Positions 1-9,799 of a DNA stretch of 64,000 bases are shown in pieces (the stretch's first letter is position 1; the number at the start of each line of letters is the position of its first letter). Where the stretch lies: positions 2,821-66,820 of the forward strand of contig CAZCYQ010000012.1 in NCBI GenBank assembly GCA_964503085.1, written 5' to 3'. The notes beneath the pieces were generated by a model. It did not search any database. It was not told the origin of the DNA and worked only from the letters and a program-made list of their open reading frames with translations. Position numbers and translations under genes: made by a program. This stretch comes from an uncultured Rhodothermaceae bacterium. GTDB lineage: Bacteria > Bacteroidota > Rhodothermia > Rhodothermales > Bin80.

Positions 1-658
1 GTTGCTCTTGCTGGGGATCCTGTTCCTGCTGCTCTTCCTGCTGCTCTTGTTGAGACTGTTCCTCCTGTTCCTGAGGGTTTTCCTCCTGTTCTGTCTGATT
101 CTCATCCTGTTCCTGGTCACTCTCGTTCGTCTGATCACTCTGGTCTTGCTGCTGATCCTGCTCTTCTTGCTGTTCCTGATCGTCACCTTCAGATTGCTGC
201 TGATTCTGCTGTTCCTGCAGCTGCCGGCTCACAAACTCAAAATTATACCTAGCATCCTCGTTCTCCGGGTCTGCCAACAAGGCTTCCCTATAATGCTCAA
301 GGGCCTGCTCTAGCTGCTGGTTCCTAAAGGCATTATTTCCGGCGTTGTACGCTGGGGTAGACCTGGCCTGGTCATGGGGTGCGTATGCAAGTGCTTCTGT
401 AAACGCATTCTGTGCTCCCTCAAAATCTCCGTTCTGATGCAGTGCGAGCCCCAGATTATTCTGAAGTCCGAAGTAAGTCTCGTCTACTTCCTGAGCAGAT
501 TCATAGGATGATAGGCCCTCCTGATACGCGTAAGCGGCCCCTTCGTATTGTCCCTGCTTAAGGGAATCATTACCGCTACGGCCATGCTTCTTGGCATTGC
601 CCATCGGAACTATCTGGATACTAGCCAAGAGAATACTGAACACAGCTGTTAGGGTCAT
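1..658 (-). CDS. TPR-repeat protein, BatC-like; C-terminus runs off the window; Q/E/D-rich low-complexity tail
   Basis: Absent from the ORF track because there is no stop in the window. My minus-strand translation from ATG 658-656 reads MTLTAVFSILLASIQIVPMGNAKKHGRSGNDSLKQGQYEGAAYAYQEGL..., with TPR-like spacing. It then becomes ...QEQQNQQQSEGDDQEQQEEQDQQQ... down to nt 2. It starts 5 nt after the batB stop, and its position after two VWA genes matches Bat-operon order. Confidence 0.6.
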   Translation of the reverse strand, partial: MTLTAVFSILLASIQIVPMGNAKKHGRSGNDSLKQGQYEGAAYAYQEGLSSYESAQEVDETYFGLQNNLGLALHQNGDFEGAQNAFTEALAYAPHDQARSTPAYNAGNNAFRNQQLEQALEHYREALLADPENEDARYNFEFVSRQLQEQQNQQQSEGDDQEQQEEQDQQQDQSDQTNESDQEQDENQTEQEENPQEQEEQSQQEQQEEQQEQDPQQEQ

Positions 659-662
659 TTTG

Positions 663-1703
663 TTAGTTATTTTTCCGTGAAGTAGCCCGAGGGCTTCGGC
701 GGACAGAAATCAGACCGTCTACGCAAAGTAGCAGTAGAGCAAGTGCTAAGGGCCATTGGTACTTAAGATCGTAATCTTCAAACTGTTCCTCAGCCAGTGT
801 AGCTTGATCCAACCGCTCGAGTGCAGGAATAACGCTGGAAAGTGCACTGGATGTACGGGTGATCTGAAAATAGGCTCCATCAGTGCTGAGGGTCCTAAGA
901 CTGGACTCTTCCAGCCTTGAATGTATAATTTGCCCTTCAAGGTCTCGTCTGTACCCGGTACGTTGGCCGTTTGCACCGTAAACGGGAATTGGAGCTCCCT
1001 CCACTTCGCCGACACCAGCAGCAAAAATCGTGATGCCTTCGTCGCGTGCTGCGGTTAGAATATTTTCCAGTTCTGCGACATGATTTTCACCGTCGGATAC
1101 AATCAGCAGTGCTTTCGAGCGTGTAGCCTCAGGATCAATGCTGGGTGAAGGTGCATCAAAAGCCTGGATAGCCATCCGAAGCGCCTCGCTAAAGTCTGTG
1201 CCAGGTGTGGGCAAAAGGTCAGGATTAGCAACATCCAGGAATAGTCGCACAGCACTGTAGTCGGTAGTGAGCGGACATTGGATAAATGCGTCACCTGCAA
1301 AGATCACCAGACCGACCCGATCTCCACGCAGCTCTCCCAGAAGTTTCTTGATTTCATTGCGTGCTCGTCCCAACCGGTTTGGTGCGACATCCTCCGCCAG
1401 CATAGAAGCTGATACATCCAGTGCAATCACCAGATCAATACCTTCACGCTTTACCTCACGCAGTCGAGTGCCCACTTGGGGACCGACTAGCGAAATAGCC
1501 AGCAATCCAACTGCTGCTGCGATAATTGAGGCTTTGTAGCGTCGTCGACGACCACTAACACTTTGGGAGAGTCTGTGTACAAGCGGGATGTCACCAAAGC
1601 GCACCTGCAGTGCACGCCGACGCCAGGACGCGTACAGACTGAGCGCGATAACTAGGGGGACCGCCCATAGGGTCCACAAGTATGACTCGTTAAGCCAGAC
1701 CAT
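663..1703 (-). CDS. batB: VWA-domain membrane protein BatB
   Basis: 346 aa with an N-terminal TM segment. MIDAS-type motif in IALDVSASMLAEDVAPNRL, plus LIVSDGENH. The start overlaps the batA stop by 1 nt (TAATG). Confidence 0.8.
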   Translation of the reverse strand: MVWLNESYLWTLWAVPLVIALSLYASWRRRALQVRFGDIPLVHRLSQSVSGRRRRYKASIIAAAVGLLAISLVGPQVGTRLREVKREGIDLVIALDVSASMLAEDVAPNRLGRARNEIKKLLGELRGDRVGLVIFAGDAFIQCPLTTDYSAVRLFLDVANPDLLPTPGTDFSEALRMAIQAFDAPSPSIDPEATRSKALLIVSDGENHVAELENILTAARDEGITIFAAGVGEVEGAPIPVYGANGQRTGYRRDLEGQIIHSRLEESSLRTLSTDGAYFQITRTSSALSSVIPALERLDQATLAEEQFEDYDLKYQWPLALALLLLCVDGLISVRRSPRATSRKNN

Positions 1704-2686
1704 TAGGGGAAGCGACGGAGCACGGTTGTTTTCAACAAAATCTCAATCAGGATCAGAAGTAGCCCGGGCCATAGATAACGTACGTAACGTTCCTCGTAGT
1801 CTGTATATATACGCGTTTCGATTTGGCTTTTCTCCAAGTCACTGATCTGTTCGTAAATCTCACGGAGTGCCTGCTCATCAGTAGCCCGAAAATACTGTCC
1901 TCCAGTTCCCTGTGCAATTGAACGCAGCATGTCCTCATCAATTTCCACAGGCACCATTTGACGTTGTCTTCCACCAAAAGGGCGGTCAAACACGAACGGC
2001 GCCTCTCCATGGGTGCCAACCCCGATGGCATAGACGCGTACTCCAAGGGTTGCAGCAACCTCGGAAGCGGTTACTGGATCAATCTCGCCTCGATTATTTT
2101 GTCCATCCGTAAGCAGGATGATAACTTTGCTCTCCGCAGAGGTATCCTTAAGTCTGTTGACAGCGGTAGCCAGTGCGGTACCAATTGCAGTGCCATCCTG
2201 GATGCTCCCGACTTCTACTTCCTCCAGCATACTTTGCAGGAACGCATAATCTAGCGTGAGCGGAGCCTGTGTGTACGCTTTTGCCGCGAATACGATAAGC
2301 CCAACGCGGTCGGACACCCGTCCTGCGATAAACTCAGAAGCTACTTCGCGGGCTGCCTCGAATCGGTTTGGTCGAAAATCTTCGGCTCGCATGCTTGTGG
2401 AAGTATCCAGAACCAGAACGATATCAACGCCTTCGGCGTAGCGCTCCTGTGTTACTTCGCGTACTTGCGGACGGGCAAGTGCAAGTACGCACAAGGTTAA
2501 TGCTCCCATGCGCAGTAATGACGGCAGCACGATGGCATAAACACGAGTACCACGGGGTGCATCACGTGCGGCCCGCAGATTACTGAAGGTAAGGCCTGGG
2601 ATAGCTTGCCTACGGAACCATTGCCAGAGTCCGTAGAGCGGGACTAGAATTAGCAGAAACAGCCACTGTGGCTGGGTGAATTCCAT
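1703..2686 (-). CDS. batA: VWA-domain membrane protein BatA
   Basis: 327 aa with an N-terminal TM segment. Motifs LVLDTSTSMRAEDFRPNRF (DxSxS) and ILLTDGQNN, plus a C-terminal TM segment. Confidence 0.8.
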   Translation of the reverse strand: MEFTQPQWLFLLILVPLYGLWQWFRRQAIPGLTFSNLRAARDAPRGTRVYAIVLPSLLRMGALTLCVLALARPQVREVTQERYAEGVDIVLVLDTSTSMRAEDFRPNRFEAAREVASEFIAGRVSDRVGLIVFAAKAYTQAPLTLDYAFLQSMLEEVEVGSIQDGTAIGTALATAVNRLKDTSAESKVIILLTDGQNNRGEIDPVTASEVAATLGVRVYAIGVGTHGEAPFVFDRPFGGRQRQMVPVEIDEDMLRSIAQGTGGQYFRATDEQALREIYEQISDLEKSQIETRIYTDYEERYVRYLWPGLLLILIEILLKTTVLRRFP

Positions 2687-2691
2687 GACAG

Positions 2692-3660
2692 TCAGCTAAC
2701 TTTAAAAAGATCTTCTCCGGCCGCGCGCTGGTCAAACTTGATCTCGACACGCTTGACAATCTGTATCGCTTCCGTCAACACAGATCGTCCCTCATTTACG
2801 GCAGGGGTCACATCCGCAAATTTTACCAAATCTGCAAGAGACAGGACTTGCCCGAGTTGCCCCGGAATACCAGACGGCACTTGATGCTGCACGCTTGGGT
2901 GTACTAGGGCGTGGACGAGTTCCCCGGTTGTACATTCCAGGGCTGGTATGTGCAGTCGGTCTTCAACGTATGTTCGAAGTATGTCCGATAAGTCTACGTA
3001 AAACGCTTCAACTTGTGCTCTTTCAGCGAGGGGAGCATTTTCAAGCGCACGCAGACGCTCCAGTGCCACCGTTGCAGGGTCGGGGGGCGCGTACTCTTCG
3101 GACTCACCGATATGAAGAGTCTTTGGATTTTTGCGTCGCCAGATCATGTACCAGATCAATGCGCCTGCAATCAAGGCGGCAAGCCCCAAAAGGACGAATG
3201 GCCACGGTGGACGCCCAAATCCAACCGGCGGCGCCATACCCTGGATATCCTCGGCATCCTGTGGAACTACGGACATGACAAGCAATTCCTTGGGTAGAGT
3301 CGTAGCCGTTACATCGCTATCTGGAAAGCGAATGACCAGTGGCGCCAAGCGGGCCGTGTCCAAGGCAAAGGTAGTCACCTCATACACGGCGCTATCCAAG
3401 CGTACATCGGAGTCCAATAGGCGTGTACCGGCGGATAGGAGCCTGATGGGAGTAATATCGCCAAAGGTGGAATCCATGTCTGGGAATGACGGCATCTCGT
3501 CAAACCCATGCATAGCCACAAGCGTAAGCGCAAAACGATCGCCCACATTAACGCTGTCCTCAGAAATATAGGCCTCCACACGCTGGGCCCGAAGTGTGTC
3601 AACTTCGGCAAAGAGAGTAGCTACTGCAGCAAGTGTGGCACACAAATACAATCTCCTCAT
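2692..3660 (-). CDS. Bat-operon membrane protein: BatD-like N-terminal exported domain plus a single TM and a DUF4381-like C-terminal region
   Basis: 322 aa with a signal-like N-terminus and central TM PWPFVLLGLAALIAGALIWYMIW. The C-terminal part ...ALERLRALE...FYVDLSDILRTYVEDRLHIPALECTTGEL resembles the small DUF4381 protein usually found between the DUF58 gene and batA. The start overlaps the DUF58 stop by 1 nt. Confidence 0.55.
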   Translation of the reverse strand: MRRLYLCATLAAVATLFAEVDTLRAQRVEAYISEDSVNVGDRFALTLVAMHGFDEMPSFPDMDSTFGDITPIRLLSAGTRLLDSDVRLDSAVYEVTTFALDTARLAPLVIRFPDSDVTATTLPKELLVMSVVPQDAEDIQGMAPPVGFGRPPWPFVLLGLAALIAGALIWYMIWRRKNPKTLHIGESEEYAPPDPATVALERLRALENAPLAERAQVEAFYVDLSDILRTYVEDRLHIPALECTTGELVHALVHPSVQHQVPSGIPGQLGQVLSLADLVKFADVTPAVNEGRSVLTEAIQIVKRVEIKFDQRAAGEDLFKVS

Positions 3661-4550
3661 CAGGCAATCTGCGCACGTGCACGGAAGAACTTTGCCAATG
3701 GGTCAACGAAGTCTTCGCCACATTGGATCTCGACGTGGTCGACTCGGGCACGTCGGAAAAGCACTTTAAGTTGTGTGTTTCTGTCCAAAGAAGATTGACG
3801 AAACGCTTTCCGCACTACACGACTTCCTGTATCCAGCAGTTGTGCCCGATTAGTTTCTGGATCAAACAGGGTGACCAATCCAAGGGAGGGGAGAGACTTT
3901 TCACGGGGATCTTGCAGCTGTACTGCAACGGTATCATGTCGACGAGAGACCATGCGCAATGATTTTTCAAAGCCTTCGTCCAGAAAGTCACTAACCAACA
4001 ACACGATTGATCTACGCCTGATTACGCGAAGGATATGATCCAAAGCCGACTGAATTGCCGTGCCCGCAGAGCTGGGCTCGTGCGCAAACAGGTCACGTAT
4101 CAGGCGTAATACGTGCCGTCGTCCGCTTTTTGGGGGCACAAAGAGTTCAACCTGATCAGAGAATAACAATAGGCCAACCTTATCATTGTTCTTTATGGCA
4201 CTGAACCCCAAGATTGCACAGATCTCTGCGGCGATCTCCCGTTTGAATTTGTCACGGCTGCCAAAATCACTGGAGCCAGAGATATCTACAACAAGCAACA
4301 GTGTCTGTTCTCGCTCTTCCTCAAAAATCTTGACGAAGGTATCTCCGGTGCGTGCAGTCACATTCCAGTCAATCGTTCGAATATCATCCCCAAACTGATA
4401 GGGGCGTACTTCCGAGAATTCAATGCCACGCCCCTTGAAGGCTGAGTGGTATTCTCCACCAAAAACGTTGTTAACCAAGCCTTTAGTACGAATTTCAATT
4501 CGCCGAATTTTGGCGAACAATTCTCGTGGGATCATGGGAGGCCAAAACAC
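3660..4550 (-). CDS. DUF58 domain protein (VWA-like, MoxR-system partner)
   Basis: 296 aa. Motifs FKGRGIEFSEVRPYQFGDDIRTIDWNVTAR and LLLVVDISGSSDFGS are typical of DUF58. Confidence 0.8.
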   Translation of the reverse strand: MFWPPMIPRELFAKIRRIEIRTKGLVNNVFGGEYHSAFKGRGIEFSEVRPYQFGDDIRTIDWNVTARTGDTFVKIFEEEREQTLLLVVDISGSSDFGSRDKFKREIAAEICAILGFSAIKNNDKVGLLLFSDQVELFVPPKSGRRHVLRLIRDLFAHEPSSAGTAIQSALDHILRVIRRRSIVLLVSDFLDEGFEKSLRMVSRRHDTVAVQLQDPREKSLPSLGLVTLFDPETNRAQLLDTGSRVVRKAFRQSSLDRNTQLKVLFRRARVDHVEIQCGEDFVDPLAKFFRARAQIA

Positions 4551-4686
4551 ACAGGGCGGGTAAAAACGATTTTAGAGGGAAAATGTTGAACCGGGCTGCA
4601 GGATGGTGCGCACCCCGGGAATCCTAGTGGGATCTATGACGTTCCAGCCGCTGGTATTGTCGTAACCAAAATTTGTCTACTCAGAA

Positions 4687-5274
4687 ATGAAAACACGCTT
4701 GCTCCTTTGCGTCTCGCTCTGCATGCTGGCTTTCTCAGGACCCACTGAGGATCCGTCATCTTGGTCAATTGATGCGGTACACTCCAATGTTGGGTTCAAG
4801 GTGCGTCACCTGGGGATCTCCAACGTTCGGGGTGAATTTCTTAATTATGATGCAGAAATTCTTATGGACGGTACTGATTTGAGTACCCTGACAGTCAGCG
4901 CTACGATTGAGGCAGGCAGTATCGACACCGGTAATGATCGTCGAGACGGTCACTTGCGGTCGGATGATTTTTTTGGAGCTGAGGAATTCCCGAATATAAC
5001 CTTCACCAGTACAGAAGTAACCAACATTGAGGGCAGTAACTTTCATTTAGTTGGTGATCTTACGATCAGAGATGTTACCCAGTCGGTTGCGCTGGAGAGT
5101 GAGTTTCTGGGAACGAGCAAGATGGGGGACTCTGAGCGCGCTGGGTTTGAGGCACGCACGACAATTAATCGTAAGGATTACAATCTGTCGTGGGATCAAT
5201 TGACCGAGGCCGGAGGGTTTATCGTGGGGCACAATGTGGAGATCATACTGGAACTGGAAGTCATAAAGGACTAA
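4687..5274 (+). CDS. YceI-like polyisoprenoid-binding periplasmic protein
   Basis: 195 aa with a signal peptide. Motifs [26 protein letters not shown] and [18 protein letters not shown]. Confidence 0.8.
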   Translation: MKTRLLLCVSLCMLAFSGPTEDPSSWSIDAVHSNVGFKVRHLGISNVRGEFLNYDAEILMDGTDLSTLTVSATIEAGSIDTGNDRRDGHLRSDDFFGAEEFPNITFTSTEVTNIEGSNFHLVGDLTIRDVTQSVALESEFLGTSKMGDSERAGFEARTTINRKDYNLSWDQLTEAGGFIVGHNVEIILELEVIKD

Positions 5275-5285
5275 TCCGAAAATCG

Positions 5286-5969
5286 ATGCGTGTAGGCGTC
5301 ATTGTTTTTCCGGGCTCAAACTGTGACCACGACGCTTACCACGTTGCGCGGCATGTCTTTGGCCTCGAAACCAGGTTTATCTGGCATAAGGAACGGGAAT
5401 TACCGCCTGTAGACCTGGTTATTGTGCCGGGCGGTTTTTCCTATGGAGATTACTTGCGGGCTGGGGCGGTTGCCCGTTTTTCGCTGATAATGGACAGCGT
5501 CGTACGCTTTGCTGAGCGTGGTGGCCTTGTCCTGGGTATCTGCAACGGTTTTCAGGTTCTGTGTGAATGTGGACTCCTGCCCGGTGCATTGCTTCGTAAT
5601 GCATCCGTTCGATTTGCCTGCACATGGGTTCATTTGCGAATAGATAACGCAGAGGTACCCTATACACGCAATGCTGAATTGGGGCAGGTTTTACGGATTC
5701 CAATAGCTCATGGTGAAGGTAACTACTACGCGGAGGCATCCGAGTTGGTAGAGCTGGAGCGTAATGGACAGGTTGTGTTCCGATATACGTCACCGGCCGG
5801 TGAGGTCACACCGGATTCCAATCCCAATGGTTCTGCCAACAACATCGCGGGCATAGTAAACAGGAATGGAAACGTGCTCGGCATGATGCCTCACCCTGAG
5901 CGAGCTGCAGAAGACGCCCTCGGCAGTCGGGACGGTGCAGTACTTTTCCGAAGCCTGCTGCAAATCTAA
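5286..5969 (+). CDS. purQ: Phosphoribosylformylglycinamidine synthase I, glutaminase subunit
   Basis: The ORF track opens at 5190, but the conserved N-terminus [18 protein letters not shown] begins at ATG 5286. It carries the catalytic GICNGFQ and HGEGNY motifs. Confidence 0.85.
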   Translation: MRVGVIVFPGSNCDHDAYHVARHVFGLETRFIWHKERELPPVDLVIVPGGFSYGDYLRAGAVARFSLIMDSVVRFAERGGLVLGICNGFQVLCECGLLPGALLRNASVRFACTWVHLRIDNAEVPYTRNAELGQVLRIPIAHGEGNYYAEASELVELERNGQVVFRYTSPAGEVTPDSNPNGSANNIAGIVNRNGNVLGMMPHPERAAEDALGSRDGAVLFRSLLQI

Positions 5970-5972
5970 TCC

Positions 5973-6578
5973 ATGGGATTGCTCGGATCAGGTTCGCCCG
6001 TGACAGTATTGCTTCTCGTTGCTATTGTTATGGTAAGCGGCTTTGCACTCTTTGCCGACCCGACGCTGATTGACCGTCTGGGATTTAGGCCTACCCGGGT
6101 GGCAAAGGAGCCATACCGCTATATCACCGGTGGTTTTGTGCATGTTTCGCTCACGCATCTGGCATTCAATGCGATCACATTGTTCTTCTTCGGGCCAGTA
6201 CTGGAGGCGCGTATGGGAAGCACGGATTATCTGATTTTGTATGTGGGAGCACTCTTGTCTGCACATGCATTGACACATTTCCAGCATCGGGGAAACAGTT
6301 CGTATAATGCGGTTGGGGCGAGTGGGGCCATAAGTGGTGTACTCTTCTGTTATGTACTGTTTGCTCCGTATGATCGGATCTATATTTTTGCAGCGTTGCC
6401 TGTCCCGGCGGTGATTTTTGCATTCCTGTTTGTAGCGGGAAGCATTTATGCGATGAAAAGCGGGAGATCATTCGGGATTGCCCACGAGGCTCACCTAGGG
6501 GGCGCAATAGGTGGGTTGCTCCTCGCAATAATATTGGAACCGGGCATACTTCCCCGTTTTTTTGACCAGCTAATTTAA
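5973..6578 (+). CDS. Rhomboid-family intramembrane serine protease
   Basis: 201 aa and polytopic. It has the GASGAISGV (GxSG) motif and a downstream HLGGAIGG motif supplying the His. Confidence 0.75.
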   Translation: MGLLGSGSPVTVLLLVAIVMVSGFALFADPTLIDRLGFRPTRVAKEPYRYITGGFVHVSLTHLAFNAITLFFFGPVLEARMGSTDYLILYVGALLSAHALTHFQHRGNSSYNAVGASGAISGVLFCYVLFAPYDRIYIFAALPVPAVIFAFLFVAGSIYAMKSGRSFGIAHEAHLGGAIGGLLLAIILEPGILPRFFDQLI

Positions 6579-6837
6579 GCCACGTATGAATGAGTTGGCG
6601 CTGGACACCTAAATAGGAATCTGCAGGGCTTGTCTAGATTACCCAGAGCTGAGCTACATGTGCTGTGAGCGCCACTGTGCAAACTTGTGCGACCATGACT
6701 AGGTATACAAGTCGCTAGGTTAAGGATCGCGGTAAGTTTCCGAAGAAGGTTGTATTTGGTTTTTGTATTGTAACGATTCCAAGGTGCGGTCGAATGTTGA
6801 ATATTGCTTATAACTCTCCTTATCGTCTATCTCGGTT

Positions 6838-7869
6838 ATGAAATCATCTGTTGCAATCGGTATTCTTGTTTTGGCGGTAGTAGGCTGCTCTTCAGCTGTT
6901 GAGGAAGAACCGTACCAGGCTTGCCATTTTGACCGCAAGGCCACCGGGCACCAGGTCATTGGCTTTTATCCTGGTTACAAGCATGATGTATTACCCATAT
7001 CCCAAATAAGGTGGGATATGCTTACGCGTGTGATCTATGCGTTTGCGATACCGAGAACTGACGGATCGCTTGATGTCGGGGATCTTTCCCGACTAGACTC
7101 ATTGGTCCAGACAGCCCACGCAAATGGAGTTGAAGTCTATGTTTCGGTAGGCGGAGGTTCAGGCTCGTCAAATTTTCCAGTTTTTGCGGTGAATGAAAGT
7201 GCTCGAGGAAGTTTTGTGCGTACCGTGAGGCAGTTCTTGGCGGAAAACTGCCTCGATGGGGTTGATATTGACTGGGAAGCATGGAATAAAGATGATGCCA
7301 ATAATCCGATAGCCTCGGAAAAGGCTGCCTTTATGTCATTGATGAAAGAGCTCCGAAGCGAGCTGGACAGCTGGGGAATATCACTTGATGTTTACCCAGG
7401 AGACTGGTACGGCAGGCATTATGATGAAGTGTATCCGCTGGTTGATTATGTGCATGTGATGGGATACGATTTTTCTGGGCCATGGTCCGCACCAGGTCCC
7501 CATTCTTCTTTTGATCAAGCCATCGGGAGGGGGGCAGATGCTTCTGCAACCGGTCTGGCCTACTGGGTCAACTACCGTCAATGGCCCTCGAACAAGATTA
7601 TCCTCGGTATGCCGTTTTATGGAAGGGATTTTGATATCAATGGAGGCACAGGTGTTGCATACCGTGACATTGTTGCGCGATATCCGAATGCTCCTAGTAC
7701 AGACCGCATCGAGAATATTTACTATAACGGTAGGCAGACTATTGCTGACAAGACGCAATACGTAGTGGAGAATGGTTTTCCTGGTGTGATGATTTGGGAA
7801 ATCGCACACGATACACGTGACCCTGTGACCAGCCTGCTGCAGGTCATCAATGATACAGTAAGCCAGTGA
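6838..7869 (+). CDS. Glycoside hydrolase family 18 (chitinase-like) lipoprotein
   Basis: 343 aa. Lipobox LAVVGCSS and the GH18 catalytic motif LDGVDIDWE. Confidence 0.8.
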   Translation: MKSSVAIGILVLAVVGCSSAVEEEPYQACHFDRKATGHQVIGFYPGYKHDVLPISQIRWDMLTRVIYAFAIPRTDGSLDVGDLSRLDSLVQTAHANGVEVYVSVGGGSGSSNFPVFAVNESARGSFVRTVRQFLAENCLDGVDIDWEAWNKDDANNPIASEKAAFMSLMKELRSELDSWGISLDVYPGDWYGRHYDEVYPLVDYVHVMGYDFSGPWSAPGPHSSFDQAIGRGADASATGLAYWVNYRQWPSNKIILGMPFYGRDFDINGGTGVAYRDIVARYPNAPSTDRIENIYYNGRQTIADKTQYVVENGFPGVMIWEIAHDTRDPVTSLLQVINDTVSQ

Positions 7870-8000
7870 TTGTCTTGCGTGCGTTAAAGCAGAGATTCGT
7901 GTAAGCTGACGACAAGAAAGTTGTGGGAATCTGGACCTAGATTTTACCTGCTGTATTCCCCCAAATTCAGATACAATCCCCTTCCAAAAACTTGAGCAAC

Positions 8001-8549
8001 ATGAGGCTGTTTGTTTCCAGACGCGAGCGCTGGCTTTGGGCTTGTGCTGTGTTGGTCGTATCAGTAGTCTACTTGACGCTTGGCGTGGTGAGGGATCTGC
8101 TTCAGCCGCTAGTAGCCAGCGGGTGGGGGCCGTGGCTGTTTCTGTCAGGCTGTTTTCTGGTTTTGGTTTTCGTACTGACGCAAGGCATGACCATTCTGCC
8201 GAGATGGCCAGAGATCGTCGCTGGAGTGGGGATCGCTGTGGTCTATGGTTTTGCACTCACGAGCATTGCAAAGCCAGAGGAACGGATGCATCTGATCATA
8301 TATGGCATCATTGCCCTGCTTATTTATGCAGCGCTACTGGAGAGATCTGCATTTGGTCGGAATATTTTCGCGAGCTCCGTAGTCGTCGTTATAGCTACGA
8401 CTATTCTCGGTTTGGTAGATGAGTGTCTCCAACTGGCGCTACCGGATCGTGTATTTGATGTACGGGATATATTCTACGACGCGCTAGCAGCTGCCATGGC
8501 AGTGATGGCCAATGCATCACTGCGTTGGGCGAGAGTACTGTTCCGGTAG
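8001..8549 (+). CDS. VanZ-like family membrane protein
   Basis: About 182 aa from ATG 8001 (the track uses an alternative start at 7992). It has four hydrophobic helices and a C-terminal DRVFDVRDIFYDALAAAMAV motif of VanZ type. Confidence 0.45.
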   Translation: MRLFVSRRERWLWACAVLVVSVVYLTLGVVRDLLQPLVASGWGPWLFLSGCFLVLVFVLTQGMTILPRWPEIVAGVGIAVVYGFALTSIAKPEERMHLIIYGIIALLIYAALLERSAFGRNIFASSVVVVIATTILGLVDECLQLALPDRVFDVRDIFYDALAAAMAVMANASLRWARVLFR

Positions 8550-8649
8550 ACTTGAAGTACTGCACTGCTTTGCCGGTGTAGGGGAGCAACCGACAGGGCT
8601 CGGTCACAACGATCCTCAACAGTGGTGTTACGACTGTGCGACCATTATC

Positions 8650-9795
8650 TCAACCAAGAGATGTTTCAAGGATGGCATATTCTTTATCCACGACCGCATT
8701 GATGGAGCTTAGCAGGTTTTTGAGAACATGATTGTTGTCGAGAACCCAACTGGTCTCGCAGCTTTGGTAGCCATAGCTCGGACCTCGTTCCATCGTCTCA
8801 AGAACCGGAATTACGTCAAGGGCACGGCCCTGATATGCCTTACGTACTCCCATGAGGGGCATACGAACATTGCTTACGCCGGCGAATTTTGTCAAAATCA
8901 GCAGCTTAGCTAAGCCGAATGGCAATAACCGACCATTCGTGAGTCGCTGAAGTGCAGGATTGATGTCGGGTAGACAAACTGTAAATCCTACCGGCTTGCT
9001 ATTAAGTTCGACAAAAAAGCAAATCCTTGGATCTACGATTGTCTTCATTGCCTTGGCTAGATGTACAAACTCGTTATCCGTGATAGGGACAAACCCCCAA
9101 TTGTCAGACCAGGCGTCATTGTATATCTCCCTTATCGTTGCCACGTCTTCGTCAAAGCGGGACATATCAAGCGTACGCAATGAGAGACCCGGATTACGCC
9201 GATGAACGATAGCAGCACCGCGTCTCATGCGGTCAATTGCAACGTGCTTGCGGTGAATGTAGTATGCCCATGTAGTCATGACGCGTACTAGTCCCCAGCG
9301 CTCCAGGTAGTCCTTGTAGTATGGAGGGTTGTAGGTCATCATGATTGCGGGCACCCGGTCGAATCCGTCAACCAGGAGGCCGGTAGGGTCATTCAAGGAT
9401 GGGTTAACCGGTCCGCGCATTGTATGCATTCCCTGCTCTCGAAGCCAGGCTGCTGCTGCATCCAGGAGTGCGGCGGCGGTTTCGAAGCTCTCTTCGGTTT
9501 CGAAGAACCCAAAAAAGCCGGCCTCATCGTCGTGAGTTTCCAGATGCATACCATTGACGATACTAGCGATTCGCCCCACGACCTTTCCGTCCGCACCGAT
9601 TGCGAGGAACAGCTGCATCCGTCCATGCTCAAAGAATGGGTTTTTGCGCGGGTTTAGGACCTCAAACTGATCCATTCGAAGCGGGGGTACCCAGAACGGG
9701 TTGCTCCGGTGCAAGTCGTACGGGAATTGAACAAAACGTCGCAGGTCCCGCCGCGATTTGACCGGGCGAACCACACTTGAGTGTGTGCCTGACAT
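8650..9795 (-). CDS. Large GNAT-like acyltransferase family protein (possible bacterial ceramide-synthase-like N-acyltransferase)
   Basis: 381 aa. N-terminus RRDLRRFVQFPYDLHRSNPFWVPPL and C-terminal GVRKAYQGRALDV (acyl-CoA binding-loop-like). It starts 5 nt downstream of the alpha-oxoamine synthase gene on the same strand. Confidence 0.4.
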   Translation of the reverse strand: MSGTHSSVVRPVKSRRDLRRFVQFPYDLHRSNPFWVPPLRMDQFEVLNPRKNPFFEHGRMQLFLAIGADGKVVGRIASIVNGMHLETHDDEAGFFGFFETEESFETAAALLDAAAAWLREQGMHTMRGPVNPSLNDPTGLLVDGFDRVPAIMMTYNPPYYKDYLERWGLVRVMTTWAYYIHRKHVAIDRMRRGAAIVHRRNPGLSLRTLDMSRFDEDVATIREIYNDAWSDNWGFVPITDNEFVHLAKAMKTIVDPRICFFVELNSKPVGFTVCLPDINPALQRLTNGRLLPFGLAKLLILTKFAGVSNVRMPLMGVRKAYQGRALDVIPVLETMERGPSYGYQSCETSWVLDNNHVLKNLLSSINAVVDKEYAILETSLG

Positions 9796-9799
9796 ACTC

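Noticed and set aside
2-313. 103-aa plus-strand ORF made almost entirely of Leu, Phe and Ile
   Set aside because: It is the antisense reading of the Q/E-rich tail of the minus-strand TPR (BatC-like) gene. It is pure low complexity and has no plausible start context.
5190-5285. N-terminal 32-aa extension of purQ in the ORF track
   Set aside because: It overlaps the yceI-like gene. The conserved PurQ N-terminus ([14 protein letters not shown]) begins at 5286.
7381-8256. 291-aa minus-strand ORF
   Set aside because: It lies antisense to two well-supported plus-strand genes (GH18 and VanZ-like). Its composition is Arg/Ser/Pro-rich and it has no recognisable motif.
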